From: Malacoraja senta
Lineage: Eukaryota
NCBI GenBank assembly: GCA_038087875.1
Contig: JAXLNO010000329.1
Coordinates: 1 to 64,000 of the forward strand
Length of the DNA: 64,000 nt
Reading direction: 5' to 3'
In this document: piece after piece, positions 14,861-29,100 of the stretch
Numbering within the stretch: the stretch's first letter is position 1
Layout: the number at the start of each line of letters is the position of its first letter
Translations under genes and position numbers: made by a program
The notes under the pieces: generated by a model
Databases searched by the model: none
What the model saw: only the letters and a program-made list of their open reading frames with translations
Told to the model about the DNA's origin: nothing

Positions 14861-17800
14861 CTGACCCTTGGACTCTGACCCTTTGGCTTTGACCCTTTGA
14901 CTGACCCTTTGACTGACCCTTTGGATTTGACCCTTTGACTTTGACCCTTTGACTGACCCTTTGACCGACCCTTTGACCGTGACCCTTTGACTGACCCTTT
15001 GACCATTTGACTGACATTTTGACCCTTTGACTCTGACACTTTGACTGACCATATGTCCCGATGACCCTGAACCTTTGACACTGACTTTGACTCTGACCCT
15101 TTGTCTCTGACCCTTTGACTGACCCTTTGACCATTTGACTGACCCTTTGACCCTTTGACTCTGATCATTTATCTCTGATCTTTTGACTGACCCTTGGCCT
15201 CTGAACGTTTCACACTGACCCTTTGACTCTGACCCGTTTACTCTGACCCTTTGACCCTTTAACTGACCCTTTGACCTTGACCCATTGACTCTGACCCTTT
15301 GACTCTGACCTTGTGACAATTTGACTATGACCATTTGTCCCTTTGACTCTGAGCCTTTAACTCTTATCCTTTGACTCTGACCCTTTGACTGAACCTTTGA
15401 CCCTGACCTGTTGACCCTGACCCGTTGACCCTTTGATTCTGACCCTTTGACCCTGACCCTTTGAATGACCCTTTGACCCTGACCCTTTGATTCTCACCCT
15501 ATGACTGACCCTTTGACCCTTTGAATCTGACCCTTTGACACACTTTCACTGACCCTTTGTCCCTGACCCTTTGACGCTGACCCTTTTGACTCTGACCCTT
15601 TGAACATTTGATTCTGAACCTTTGACCCTTTGTCTGACCCTTTAACTAGGACCCTTTGACTATGACCCGTTGTCTCTGACCCTTTGACTCTATCACTTTG
15701 ACCCTGGCCCTTTGATCCTGACCGGTTGACGCTGACCTTTTGACTGACCCATTGACTCTTTGAGCCTTTGACTCGGTACCTCTGACCTATTGACTCTGAC
15801 CCTTTGACCCTTTGACCCTTTGACGTTGAACCTTTGACACTGACCCTTTAACTCTGTACCTTTGATTCTGACCCTTTGACTGACCCGTTGACCATTTGAC
15901 TGACTTTTTGACCCTTTGACTGACACTTTCACTGACCATATGACCCTATGACCATGAACCTTTGACTCTGACCCTTTGACTGTCCCTTGTCCTCTTAACC
16001 TTTCATCCTGACCCGTTCACTCTGAGCCGTTGACTCTGACCCTTTGACCTTTTGACTGACCCTTGACCTTGACCCTTTGTCTCTGACCCTTTGACTCTGA
16101 CCCTTTGACCATTTGTCTGAACCTTTGACCCTTTGAATCTGATCATTTAACTGGTCCTTTGACTCTGACCCTTCGCCTCTGAATCTTTAACCCTGACCCT
16201 TTGACTCTGACCCGTTGACTCTGACCCTTTGACCCTTTGACTTTGACCCTTTGACACTGACCCTTTAATTCTGTATCTTTGACTGACCCTTTGACTCTGA
16301 ACCTTTTACTCTGTCACTTTGACCCTGACCTTTTGACTCTGACCCTTTGACTCCGACCCTTTCACTCTGACCCTTTGACTCTGACCCTTTGTATCTGACA
16401 ATTTGACCCTTTGACTCTGACTCTTTGACTCTGACCCTTTGACTCTGACCCTTTGACCCTTTGACTGACCCTTTGTCTCTGACCGTTTGACCGTTTGACT
16501 GACCCTTTGACTGACTCTGTATCTGACGTTTTGACCCATTTACTGACCCTTTGTCTCTGACACTTTGAACATTTGACGCTGACCTTGTGACCCTTTGACT
16601 GACCCTTTAACTCTGACACTTTGACTCTGACCTTTTGACTCTGACACTTTGACCCTTTGAATCTGACCCTTTGAATCTGACCCTTTCACTCTGACACTTT
16701 GACTCTGACCCTTTGACCCTGAACCTTTGACTGACCCATGGATCTGACAATTTGTCCCTTTGACTCTGACCCTTTGACTCCGACCCTATGTATCTGACAC
16801 TTTGACCATTTGACTGACCTTTTGCCTCTGACCCGTTGACTCTGACCCTTTGAAATTTGACTGACCATTTGACACTTTGACTCTCACCGGTTAACTCTGA
16901 CCCTTTGACTATGACCCTTTGAACCTTTGACTCGGTCCCTTTGACCCTGGCCCTTTGACCCTGACCCATTGACCCTGACCATTTGACTGACCCTTTGACT
17001 GACCCTTTGACTCTGACCCTTTGACTCTTACCCTTTGAATCTTTGACCCTTTGACTCTGACCTTTGACTCTTACCCTTTGAATCTTTGACCCTTTTACTC
17101 GGACACTTTGACTCTGACCTGTGACTCTGAACCTTTGACCCTTTGAATCTGACCCTTTGACTGAACCTTTGACTGAACCTTTGACTCTGACCCTTTGACT
17201 CTGACCCTTTGACTATGACCCTTTGATTCTGAACCTTTGACCATTTGACTCTGACTTATTGACCCTTTGTCTCTGACCTTTTAACTGACCCTTTGACCAT
17301 TTGATTCTGACCCTTTTATTCTTTGACCCTTTGACTCGGACCCATTGACCTTTGGACTCTAACCCTTTGACCATTTGACTTACCCTTTGACTCACCATTT
17401 GACCCTTTGACTGACCCCTTGAGTGACCCGTTGACCCTTTGACTAACCCTTTGACTCTGACCCTTTTAATATGACCCTTTTGCTTTGACCCTTTGACTCT
17501 GACCCTTTGACTGACCCTTTGACTCTGACACTTTGACTCTGACCCTTTGTCCCTGACGCTTTGACTCTGACCCTTTACTCTCTGACCCCTTTGACTCTGA
17601 CCCTTTGAACATTTGATTCGGACCCTTTGACCCTTTGACTCTGACCCTTTAACTGACACATTGACTATGACCCGTTGTCTCTGACCCTTTGAATCTGTCC
17701 CTTTCACCCTGGACCTTTGACCCTGACCCGTTGACCCTGACATTTGACTCTGACCCTTTGACTCTTTCACTGACCCTTTGACCCTTTAAATCTGACCAGT

Positions 17801-20800
17801 TGAATGACCCTTTGACTCTGACCCTTTGACTCTGACGTTTTGACTATGACCCTTTGACTCTGACCCTTTGACTCTGACCCTTTGACTCTGACCCTTTGAC
17901 TCTGACCCTTTGACTGACCCTTTGACTCCGACCCTTTGACCGTAACACTTTGACTCTGACCCTTTGACTCTGACCCTTGACTAGTTGACTCTGACCTTTT
18001 GGCCCTTTGACTGGGACCCATTAACTCTGACCCTTTCACTCTGACCCTTTTACTCGGACCCTTTGACTTTAAACCTTTGACTCTGACCCTTTGACTTTGA
18101 CTCTTTGACTCTGACGCTGTGACCCTTTGACCCTGTACTTTTCAGTCTGACCCTTTGAATCGGACCCTTTGACAATGAACCTTTGACCCTGACCCTTTGA
18201 CTCTGATCCGTTGACTCTGATTCTTTGACCCTTTGACACCCTATGACTTTGACCCTTTGACTCTGACCCTTTGAATCTGACCCTTTGACCATTTGCCTCT
18301 GACCCTTTGACCCTTTGACTGACCGTTTAACTCTGACCTATTGACTGACCCTTTGATTATGAACCTTTGACCCTGACACGTTAACCCGCCCCGTTTACCC
18401 TTTGACCCAGACCCTTTGACCATGACCCTTTTACTCTGACCCTTAGACTGACCCTTTGACTGACCCTGAGACCGTGTGACTTTGAGCTTTTGACCCTGGC
18501 CCTTTGTACCCTGACCCTTTGATTCTGTCCCTTTGACTCTGGCCCTTTGACTGACCCTTTGTATCTAACAATTTGACCCTTTGACTCTGACTCTTGGACT
18601 GACACTTTGACTCTGACCCTTTGACTATTTGACCGTTTGACTCTTTGACCCTTAGACTCTGAGCCTTTGACTCGGACCCTTTGACCTTTTTACTCTGACC
18701 CTTTGACCCTTTGACTCTGACGCTTTGACTCTGACCCTTTGACACTGACCCTTTGACTGACCCTTTGACTGACCATTTGACTCCGACCCTTTGACCTTGA
18801 CCCTTTGACACTGACCCTTTGAATCTGACCCTTTGACCATTTGACTAACCTTTTGACCGTTTGACTATGACCCTTTAACTCTGACCCTTCGACCCTGACC
18901 CTTTGACTGTCCCTTTGACTTTGAACCTTTGACTCTGACTCTTTGACTCTGACCATATGACCCTTTGACCCTGAACCTTTGACTCTGACTCTTTGACTCT
19001 GACCCTTTGACTCTGACCATTTGACCATTTGGCTCTGGCCCTTTGACCCTTTGACTGACCCTTTATCTCCGACCGTTTGACTGACCCTTTGGTTCTGAAC
19101 TTTGACCCAGACCCGTTGACCATGCCCGTTGACCCATTGACTGACCCTTTGACCCTGACCATTTGTCTCTGATCCTTTGACCCTTTGACTGACTCTTTCT
19201 CTCTGACCCTTTGAGTCTGACCCTTTGATTCTGGCCCTTTGACCCTTTGAGTCTGACCCTTTGACTCTGACCCTTTGTATCTGACACATTGACCCTTTGA
19301 CTCTGATCCTTTGTCTCTGACCCGTTGACTCTGACCCTTTGAACATTTCACTCAGACCCTTTGACCCATTGACACCATTTAACTCTGACCCTTTGACTAT
19401 GACCCGTTGACTCTGACCCTTTGACTGTCCCTTTGACCCTGGCCCTTAGACCCTGACTCATTGACCCTGAACCTTTGACTGACCCTTTGACTCTGACCCT
19501 ATGACACTTTGACTCTTTGATTCTGACCCTTTGACTCATTGACCCTTCTCTGACCCGTTGACTCTGACCCGTGGAACATTTGACTCTGACCCTTTGACCC
19601 TTTGACTCTGATCCTTTGACTCTGACCCTTTGTGTCTGACACATTGACCCTTTCACTGATCCTTTGTCTCTGACCCTTTGACTCTGACCCATGGAACATT
19701 TGACTCTGACCCTTTGACCCTTTTACTCTGACCCTTTAACTCTGACCCTTTGACTATGACCCGTTGACACTGACCCTTTGAATCTGTCCCTTGACCCTGG
19801 CCCTTTGACCCTTTCCAGTTGACCCTGAACATTTGACTGACCCGTTGACTGACCCTTTGACTCTGACCCTTTGACCCTGACCCTTTGACTGCCCCTTTGA
19901 CTGACCCTTTGTCTGACCCTTTGACCCTTTGACTGTCCTTTAGACACTGATCCTTTGAACCTGACTCTTTGACTGACCATTTGGCTCTAACCCTTTGTAT
20001 CTGACAATTTGACACTTTGACTGACCCTTTGACCCTTTGACTCTGACTCTTTGGCTCTGAATCTTTGACTCTGATCCTTTGACCCTTTCACTGACCCTTT
20101 GACTCTGACCCTTTGTATCTGACACTTTGACCATTTGACCCTTTGACTATGACCCGTTGACTCTGACCCTTTGACTGTCCCTTTGACCCTGGCCCTTTGT
20201 ATCTGACACATTGACCCTTTGACTCTGATCCTTTGTCTCTGACCCGTTCACTATGACCCATTGAACATTTGACTCTGATCCTTTGACCCTTTGACCCTTT
20301 GACTCTGACCCTGCGGCTGACCCATTGACCCTTTGACTCTGACCCTTTGACCCTTTAAATCTGAAACCTTGTGGCTCTGACCTTTTTGACCCTTTGACTG
20401 ATCCTTTGTCTCTGACCCTTTGACTATGACCCCTTGATTATGACCCTTTGCCTATGACCCGTTGAATCTGACCCTTTGACTCTGTCCCTTTGACCCTGGC
20501 CCTTTGACTCTGACCCGTTGACCCTGATCCATTGACTGACCATTTGACTGACCCTTTGACTCTGACCCTTTGCCCCTGACCCTTTGATTCTTTGACTCTG
20601 ACCTTTTGACACTGACCCTTTGAACCTGACTCTTTGACTGACCCTTTGACTCTGACCGTTTGTGTCTGACAATTTGACCCTTTGACATACCCTTTGACCC
20701 TTTGACTGATCCTTTGACCCTCTGACTCTGACTCTTTGACTCTGACCATTTGACTCTGATCCTTTGACCCGTTGTCTCTGAACCTTTGACTCTGACCCTT

Positions 20801-21485
20801 TGTATCTGATACTTTGACCCTTTGACTCTGACCCTTTGACCCTTTTACTATGCCCCGTTGATTCTGACCCTTTGTCTTTGACCCTTTGACCCTTTGACTC
20901 TGAACTTTTGACACTGACCGTTTGACTCTGACCCTGCGGCTGACCCTTGGACCCTTTGACTCTGACCTGTTCACCCTTTGACTCTGACTCTTTGACTCTG
21001 ACCCTTTGACTCTGACCCTTTGACTCTGACCCTTTGACCCTTTGACTCTGACCATTTGTATCTCACAATTTAACCCTTTGACTTTCACCCTTTGTATCTG
21101 ACACTTTGACACTTTGACTCTGACCCTTTGACCCTTTGAATATGACCCGTTGACTGACCCATTGACTGTCTCTTTGAGCCTGACCCTTTGACCTTGACCC
21201 ATTGAACCTGACACTTTGACTGACCCTTTGACTCTGACCCTTTGTCTCTGACACTTTGACTGGCCCTTTGACTATGACCCTTTGACTTTCACGCTTTGAC
21301 CCTGACCCTTTGACTGACCTTTGAATATGACCCTTTTACTTTGACCATTTGATTGACCCTTAGTCTACGACCCTTTGACCTTGCCGCTTTGTCTCTAACC
21401 CTTTGAGCATTTGATTCTGACCTATTGACCCTTTGACTCTGACTTTGACTCTGACCGTTGAACCATTGACTGACCATTTGACCAT

Positions 21486-21522
21486 GAGTTAAGGCGCCAG
21501 TCAAAGGGTCAGTCAAAGTGTC
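21486..21522 (-). repeat. 37-bp inverted satellite fragment (micro-inversion or template switch)
   Basis: GAGTTAAGGCGCCAGTCAAAGGGTCAGTCAAAGTGTC reverse-complements to GACACTTTGACTGACCCTTTGACTGGCGCCTTAACTC, i.e. satellite in the opposite orientation. Confidence 0.9.
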
Positions 21523-24500
21523 CGTTGACTCTGACCCTTTGACTCTGACCCTTTGTATCTTACACATTGACCCTTTGACTCTGATCCTTTGTCTCTGACC
21601 CGTTGACTCTGACCCTTTGAACATTTCACTCTGACCCTTTGACCCATTGACATTGACCATTTAACTCTGACCCTTTGACTCTGACCCGTTGACTCTGACC
21701 ATTTGTCTCTGTCCCTTTGTGCCTGGCCCTTAGACCCTGACCCATTGACCCTGAATCTTTGACCCTTGACTGACACTATGACTCTTTGACCCTTTGATTC
21801 TGACCCTTTGACTCATTGACCCACTCTGAGCCTTTGAATCTGACCCTTTGATCCTTTGACTCTGATCCCTTGACTGACCCATTGACCCTGACCCTTTGAC
21901 TGACCCTTTGACTGCCCCTTTGCCCCTTTGATCCTTTGACTTTGACACTTTGACTCTGACCCTTTCACTGACCCTTTGAATTTGACCATTTTACATTGAG
22001 CCTTTGACTGACCCTTAGACTCCGGCCCTTTGACCTTGACGCTTTTTCTCTGACCCTTTGACTCTGACCCTTTGACCTTTGACTGACCTATTGACCCTTT
22101 GACTCTGACGCCTTCTCTGACCCTTTGACTTTGACCCTTTGATTCTGACCCGTTGACCAATTGACTCTGACACGTTGACGCTGACCCTTTGACTCTGACC
22201 TTTGACTGACCCTTTGTCACCGACCCTTTGACCCTTTGACTCTGACCTTTAGTCACTGACCCTTTGAACCTGACTCTTTGACTGACACTTTGGCTCTGAC
22301 CCATTGTATCTGACAATGTGACCCTTTGACTGACCCTTTGACCCTTTGACTCTGAACCTTTGACTAATCCTTTGACCCTTTGACTCTGACCCTTTGTATC
22401 TGACACATTGACCCTTTGACTCTGATCCTTTGTCTCTGAACCTTTGACTCTGATCCTTTGACCCTTTGACTGACCCTTTGACGCTGACCCCTTGTATCTG
22501 ACACTTTGACCCTTTGACTCTGACCCTTTGACTATGATCCGTTGACTCTGACCCTTTCACTCTGACACTTTGACCCTTTAAATCTGACACCTTGACTGAC
22601 CCTGGACTGACCCTTTGATTCTGACCTTTTGACTGACCCTTTGACTCTGACCCTTTGACTCTGACCCTTTGACTATGACCCTTTGACTATGACGCTTTGA
22701 CGATGACCCGTTGACTCTGACCCTTTGACTCTGTCCCTTTGACCCTGGCCCTTTGACCCTGACCCGTTGACCCTGAACCTTTGACTGACCATTTGACTGG
22801 CCATTTGACTGACCCTTTGACTCTGACCCTTTGACCCTGACCCTTTGACTCTTTGACTCTGACCTTTTGACACTGACCCTTTGAACCTGACTCTTTGACT
22901 GACCCTTTGACTCTGACCCTTTGTGTCCGACAATTTGACCCTTTGACTGACCCTTTGACCCTTGACTCTGACTCGTTGACTTTGACCATTTGACTCTGAT
23001 CCTTTGACCCTTTGACTCTGACCCTTTGACTCTGACCCTTTGACTCTGACCCTTTGTATCTGACACTGACCCTTTGACTCTGACCCTTTGACCCTTTGAG
23101 TATGACCCGTTGACTCTGACCCTTTGTCTCTGACCCTTTGACCCTTTGACTCTGACCCTTTGACTCTGACCCTTTGACTCTGACCCTTTGACTTTGACCC
23201 TTTGACTCTCACCCTTTGACTGACCCTTTGAATTGACCCTTTGACTGACCCTTTGACTATGACCCTTTGACTTTGACCCTTGGTCTCTGAACATTTGAAG
23301 CTGATCCTTTGACTCTGAACCGTTGACTGTGACCCTTTGACCCTTTGACTGACCCTTTGACTGACCCTTTGACCATTTGACTCTGACCCTTTGACCCTTT
23401 GACTCTGATCCTATAACTCTGGCCAATTGAATCTGACCCTTTGACTGAAACGTTGACCCTGACCCGTTGACCCTGACCCTTTGATCTGACAGTTTGATCC
23501 TGGCCCTTTGACTGACACTTTGACTGAACCTTTGACCCTTTGATTGACCCTTTGACCCTGACACTTAGAACCTGTCCCTTTGACTCTGATCCTTTGACTC
23601 TGACCCTTTTACTTTGACCCTTTCACTCTGACCCTTTGACTCTGACCCTTTGACTCTGACCCTTTGACTTTGACCCTTTGACTCTCACCCTTTGACTGAC
23701 CCTTTGAATTGACCCTTTGACTGACCCTTTGACTATGACCCTTTGACTTTGACCCTTTGACTCTGACTCTTTGACTGACCCTATGACCCTTTGACCCTGA
23801 ACCTTTGACTGACCCTTTGACTTTGACCCTTGGTCTCTGAACATTTGAAGCTGATCCTTTGACTCTGAACCGTTGACTGTGACCCTTTGACCCTTTGACT
23901 GACCCTTTGACCCTTTGACCATTTGACTCTGGCCCTTTGACCCTTTGACTCTGATCCTTTAACTCTGGCCAATTGAATCTGACCCTTTGACTGAAACGTT
24001 GACCCTGACCCGTTGACCCTGACCCTTTGATCTGACAGTTTGATCCTGGCCCTTTGACTGACACTTTGACTGAACCTTTGACCCTTTGATTTACCCTTTG
24101 ACCCTGACACTTTGAACCTGTCCCTTTGACTCTGATCCTTTGAATCTGACCCTTTGACTCTGACTCTTTGACTGACTCTTTGACCCTGACCCTTTGACCC
24201 TGACACTTTGACTGACCCTTTGACTGACCCTTTGACTCTGACACTTTGACCCTTTGCCTCTGATCCTTTGACTGACCCTTTGACTCTGACCCTGTGACCC
24301 TTTGACTCTGACTCTTTGACTCTGACCATTTGACAGTGACCCTTTGACCCTGACCCTTTGTCTCTGACCCCTTGATTCTGACCCTTTGAACATTTGATTC
24401 TGACCCTTTAACTCTGACCGTTTGACTCTGAACCCTTGACTCTGTCACTTTGACCCTGGCCCTTTGACCCTGACCCGTTAACCCTGAACATTTGACTGAC

Positions 24501-26149
24501 CATTTGACTGACCCTTTGACTCTGACCCTTTGACCCAGACCCTTTGACCATTTGACTCTGACTCTTTGACTCTGACCATTTGACACTGATACTTTGACCC
24601 TTTGACTCTGACCCTTTGACTCTGACCCTTTGTCTCTGACCCTTTGACCCTTTAACTCTGACCTTTTGACACTGACCCTTTGCCTCTGACCCCGCGTGAC
24701 CCATTGACTGACCCTTGACCCTGACTGACACTTTGACTGGCCCTTTGACCCTTTGACTGACACCTTGACTGACCCTTTGACCCTTTGACTCTGACCCTTT
24801 GACACTGACCCTTTGACTCTGACCCTATGACTATGACCCTTTGACTTTCACCCTTTGATTTTCACCCTTTGACACACCCTTTGAATTTGACCCTTTGACT
24901 TTGACTCTTTGACTGACCCTTTGACTCCGACCCTTTGACCTTGACCCTTTGACTCTGACCCTTTGACCATTTGACTCTGACTTTTTGACCCTTTGACTCT
25001 GACTCCTTGACTCTGACCCTATGACCCTTTGACCCTGAACCGTTGACTCTGACCCTTTGACTCTGAACCGTTTACTGTGACCCTTTGACCCTTTGACTGA
25101 CCCTTTCTCTGACCCTTTGACTCTGACCCTTTGATCATTTGACTCTGACCCATTGACTCTGATCCTTTAACTCTGACCCTTTGACTGACCCTTTGACTCC
25201 GATACTTTGACATTCTGACTGACCCTCTGACCCTTTGACTCTAACACTTTGACTGACCCTTTGACTGACCCTTTGAATCTCACCCTTTGACTGACCCTTT
25301 GAATTAGACCCTTTGACATTGACCGTTTGACTGACCCTTTGATTCCGACCCTTTGACCTTGACCCTTTAACTCTGTCCCTTTGACTCTGACCCTTTGACC
25401 ATTTGACTCTGACTTTTTGACCCTTTGACTCTGACTCTTTGACTGACCCTATGACCCTTTGACCCTGAACCTTTGACTGAACGTTTGACTCTGACCCTTG
25501 GTCTCTGAACATTTGACGCTGATCCTTTGACTGAACCGTTGACTGTGACCCATTGACCCTTTGACTGACCCTTTGACTCTGACCCTTTGACCATTTGACT
25601 CTGACCCTTTGACCTTTTGACTGGTACTTTAACTCTGGCCCTTTGAATCTGACCCTTTGACTGAAACTTTGACCCTGACCCGTTGACCCTGACCCTTTGA
25701 TCTGACACTTTGATCCTGGCTCTTTGACTCTGATCCTTTGAATCTGACCCTTTGACTCTGACTCTTTGACTGACTCTTTGACCCTGACACTTTGAACCTG
25801 TCCCTTTGACTCTGATCCTTTGAATCTGACCCTTTGACTCTGACTCTTTGACTGACTCTTTGACCTTGATCCTTTGAACCTGACCCTTTGACTCTGACCC
25901 TTTGACTCTGACCCTTTGACTGACACTGACCATTTGCCTCTGATCCTTTGACTCTGACCCTTTGACTCTGAACATGTGACCCTTTGACTCTGACTCTTTG
26001 ACTCTGACCATTTGACACTGACCCTTTGACCCTGACCCTTTGTCTCTGACTCCTTGATTCTGACCCTTTGAACATTTGAATCTGACCCTTTGACTGACTC
26101 TTTGACTGACTCTTTGACCTTGACCCTTTGACTCTGCCCCTTTGACTCT

Positions 26150-29100
26150 GACCCTTTGACTGACCCTTTGACCATTTGACTCTGACCCTTTGATCCAGAC
26201 CCTTTAAGTCTGACCCTTTGAATGGCCCTTTGTTTCTGAACCTTTGACCCTGAGCCGTTGACCTACCCGTTGTCCCATTGACTCTGACCCTTTGATCCTG
26301 ACCCTTTGACTGACCCTTTGACTCTGACACTTTGACACTTTGTCTGACCTTTTGACCCTGACCCTTTGACCCTGACCCTTTGACTGACCCTTTGTATCTG
26401 ACCATTTGACCCTTTGAATCTGACCCTTTGACTCTGACCATTTGTGCCTGACACTTTGACCATTTGACTGACCCTTTGACTCTGACCCATTGACTCTGAC
26501 CCTTTGAACATTTGACTCTGACCCTTTGACCCTTTGACTCTGAACCTTTAACTCTGACCCTTTGACTATGACCCGTTGACTCTGATACTTTGACCCTGGC
26601 CCTTTGACCCTGACCCATTGTCCATGACCCTTTGACTGGCCCTTTGACCCTTTGACTTTGACCCTTTGTCACTGACCCTTTGACTTTGACCTTTTCACTC
26701 TGAATCTTTGACTCGGACCCTTTGACTGACCCTTTGACTCTGACCCTTTGACCCTTTGACTCTGACTCTTTGACTCTGCCGCTTTGACTTTGCCCCTTTG
26801 ACTCTGACCCTTTGACTCTGACCCTTTGAATATGACCTTTTGACTTTGACACTGACTCCGACCCTTTGACTGACCCTTTGAAATTGACCCTTTCACTTTG
26901 ACCCTTTGACTGACCTTTGACTCCGACCCTATGACCTTCACGCTTTGCCTCTGACCCTTTGACTGATTATTTGACCATTTGACTCTGACCTATTGATCCT
27001 TTGACACTGACCCTTTAATGTGACCCTTTGACTGACCCATTGACTGATCCTTTGATTCTTTGACCCGTTGACTCTGAGCCTTGGACTCGGACCCTTTGAC
27101 CTTTTGATTCTGACCCTTTGACACTTTGACTCTGACCCTTTGGCGCGTTGACTGACCTCTTGACCATTTGACTCTGACCCTTTGTCTCTGACGCTTTGAC
27201 GCTTTGACCCTTTGACCCTGACCCATTGACTGACTCTTTCACTGACCCTTTGATTCTGACCCTTTGACCCTTTGACTGACATTTTGACCTTGACCCTTTG
27301 TCCCTGGCCCATTGACCCTGACCATTTGATTGTCCCTTTGATTCTGACCCTTTGAACCTTTGACCCTTTGACTCTGACCCTTTGACTTTGACCCTTCCCA
27401 CTCTGAACCTTTGACTGACCTTTTGACTCTGACCCTTTGACTCTGACCCCTTGACTGACGCATTGAGTCTGACAATTTGACTCTGCCCCTTTGACACCGA
27501 CCCTTTGACTCTGACCCTTTGACTCTGACCCTTTGACTATGATCCTATGACTTTGACACTTTGACTGACCCTTTGACCGACCCTTTGAATTTGACCCTTT
27601 GACTTTGACCCTTTGACCCTGACCCTTTGACTTTGACTTTGACCCTTTGACTGACCCTTTGACTCCGACTCTTTGACATTGACGCTTAGTCTCTGACCCT
27701 TTGAATCTGACCCTTTGACCATTTGACTCTGACCTATAGACCTTTTGACTCTGACCCTTTAACTCTGACCCTTTGACTCTGACTCTTTGACTGACCCTTT
27801 GACTATGACCCTTTGAATTTGACCCTTTGACTAACCCTTTGAATTCGACCCTTTGACTTTTACACTTTGACTGACCATTTGAATGCGATCCTTTGACATT
27901 GACCCTTTGACTCGGACAATTTGACTCTGACCCTTTGACCATTTGACACTGACTTTTTGACCATTTGTCTCTGATTCTTTGAATCGGACCCTATGTCCCT
28001 TTGACCCTGAACCTTTGACTCTGACCCTTTGACTGACCCTTGGTCTGAACCTTTGACTCTGACCCTGTGATTGACCGTTGACTATGACCCTTTGACCCTT
28101 TGTCTGACTGTTTGACCTTGACCCATTCACCTTGACCCTGACCATTTGCCTCTGACCCTTTGACTGATCCTTTGATCTTTTGACTGACACTTTGAATTTA
28201 ACCCTTTGACTGACCCTTTGTCTTACGCTTTGACTCCGACCATTTGACCTTGACCCTTTAACTCTGACCCTTTGACTGACCCTTTGACCATTTGACTCTG
28301 ACTTTTTGTCTCTTTGACTCAGACCCTATGACCATTTGTCCCTGAACCTTTGACTCTGACCCGTTGAATCTGACCCTTGGTCTCTGAACCTTTGACCCTG
28401 ACCCGTTGACCCTGGCCATTTGACACAGACCCATTGACCCTGACCATTTGACTGACCCTTTGACACTGACCCTTTGACTCTGACCCTTTGACTCGGACCC
28501 TTTGACTTTGACACTGACTCTGACCCTTTGATTCTTTGACGCTTTCAATCTGAAACTTTAACTCGGACCCTTTGACTGCCCATTTGACTCTGACCCTTTG
28601 ACCCTTTGACTGACCCCTTGACTGACCATTTGACTCAGACCCTTTGACCATTTGACTCTGACCTATTGACCGTTTGACTCTGACCTTTTAATTCTGACCC
28701 TTGGACTGACCTTTGACTCTGACCCTTTGATTATTTGACCCTTTGACTGTGAGCCTTTCACTCGGACCCTATAACATTTTGACTGACACTTTGACCCTTT
28801 GACTCTGAACCATTGACTCTGACACTTTTTACCCGTTGACTGCCCCTTGACTGACCCTTTGACCCTTTAACACTGACCCTTTGATTCTGACCCTTTGACT
28901 CTGACCCTTTGACTATGATCCTTTGACTTTGACCCTTTGACTCTTACCCTTTGACTGACCATTTGAATTTGACCCTTTGACTGACCCTTTGACTCCGACC
29001 CTTGGACCTTGACCCTTTGAATCTGACTCTTTGAGTGAACCTTTGAATAACCCTTTGACTTTGACCTTTAGACACTTTGACTGACCCCTTGACTGACCAT

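Noticed and set aside
18376..18400. GC-richer patch ACACGTTAACCCGCCCCGTTTACCC as a possible insertion
   Set aside because: Parses as heavily substituted satellite words in register; no TSD or foreign sequence.
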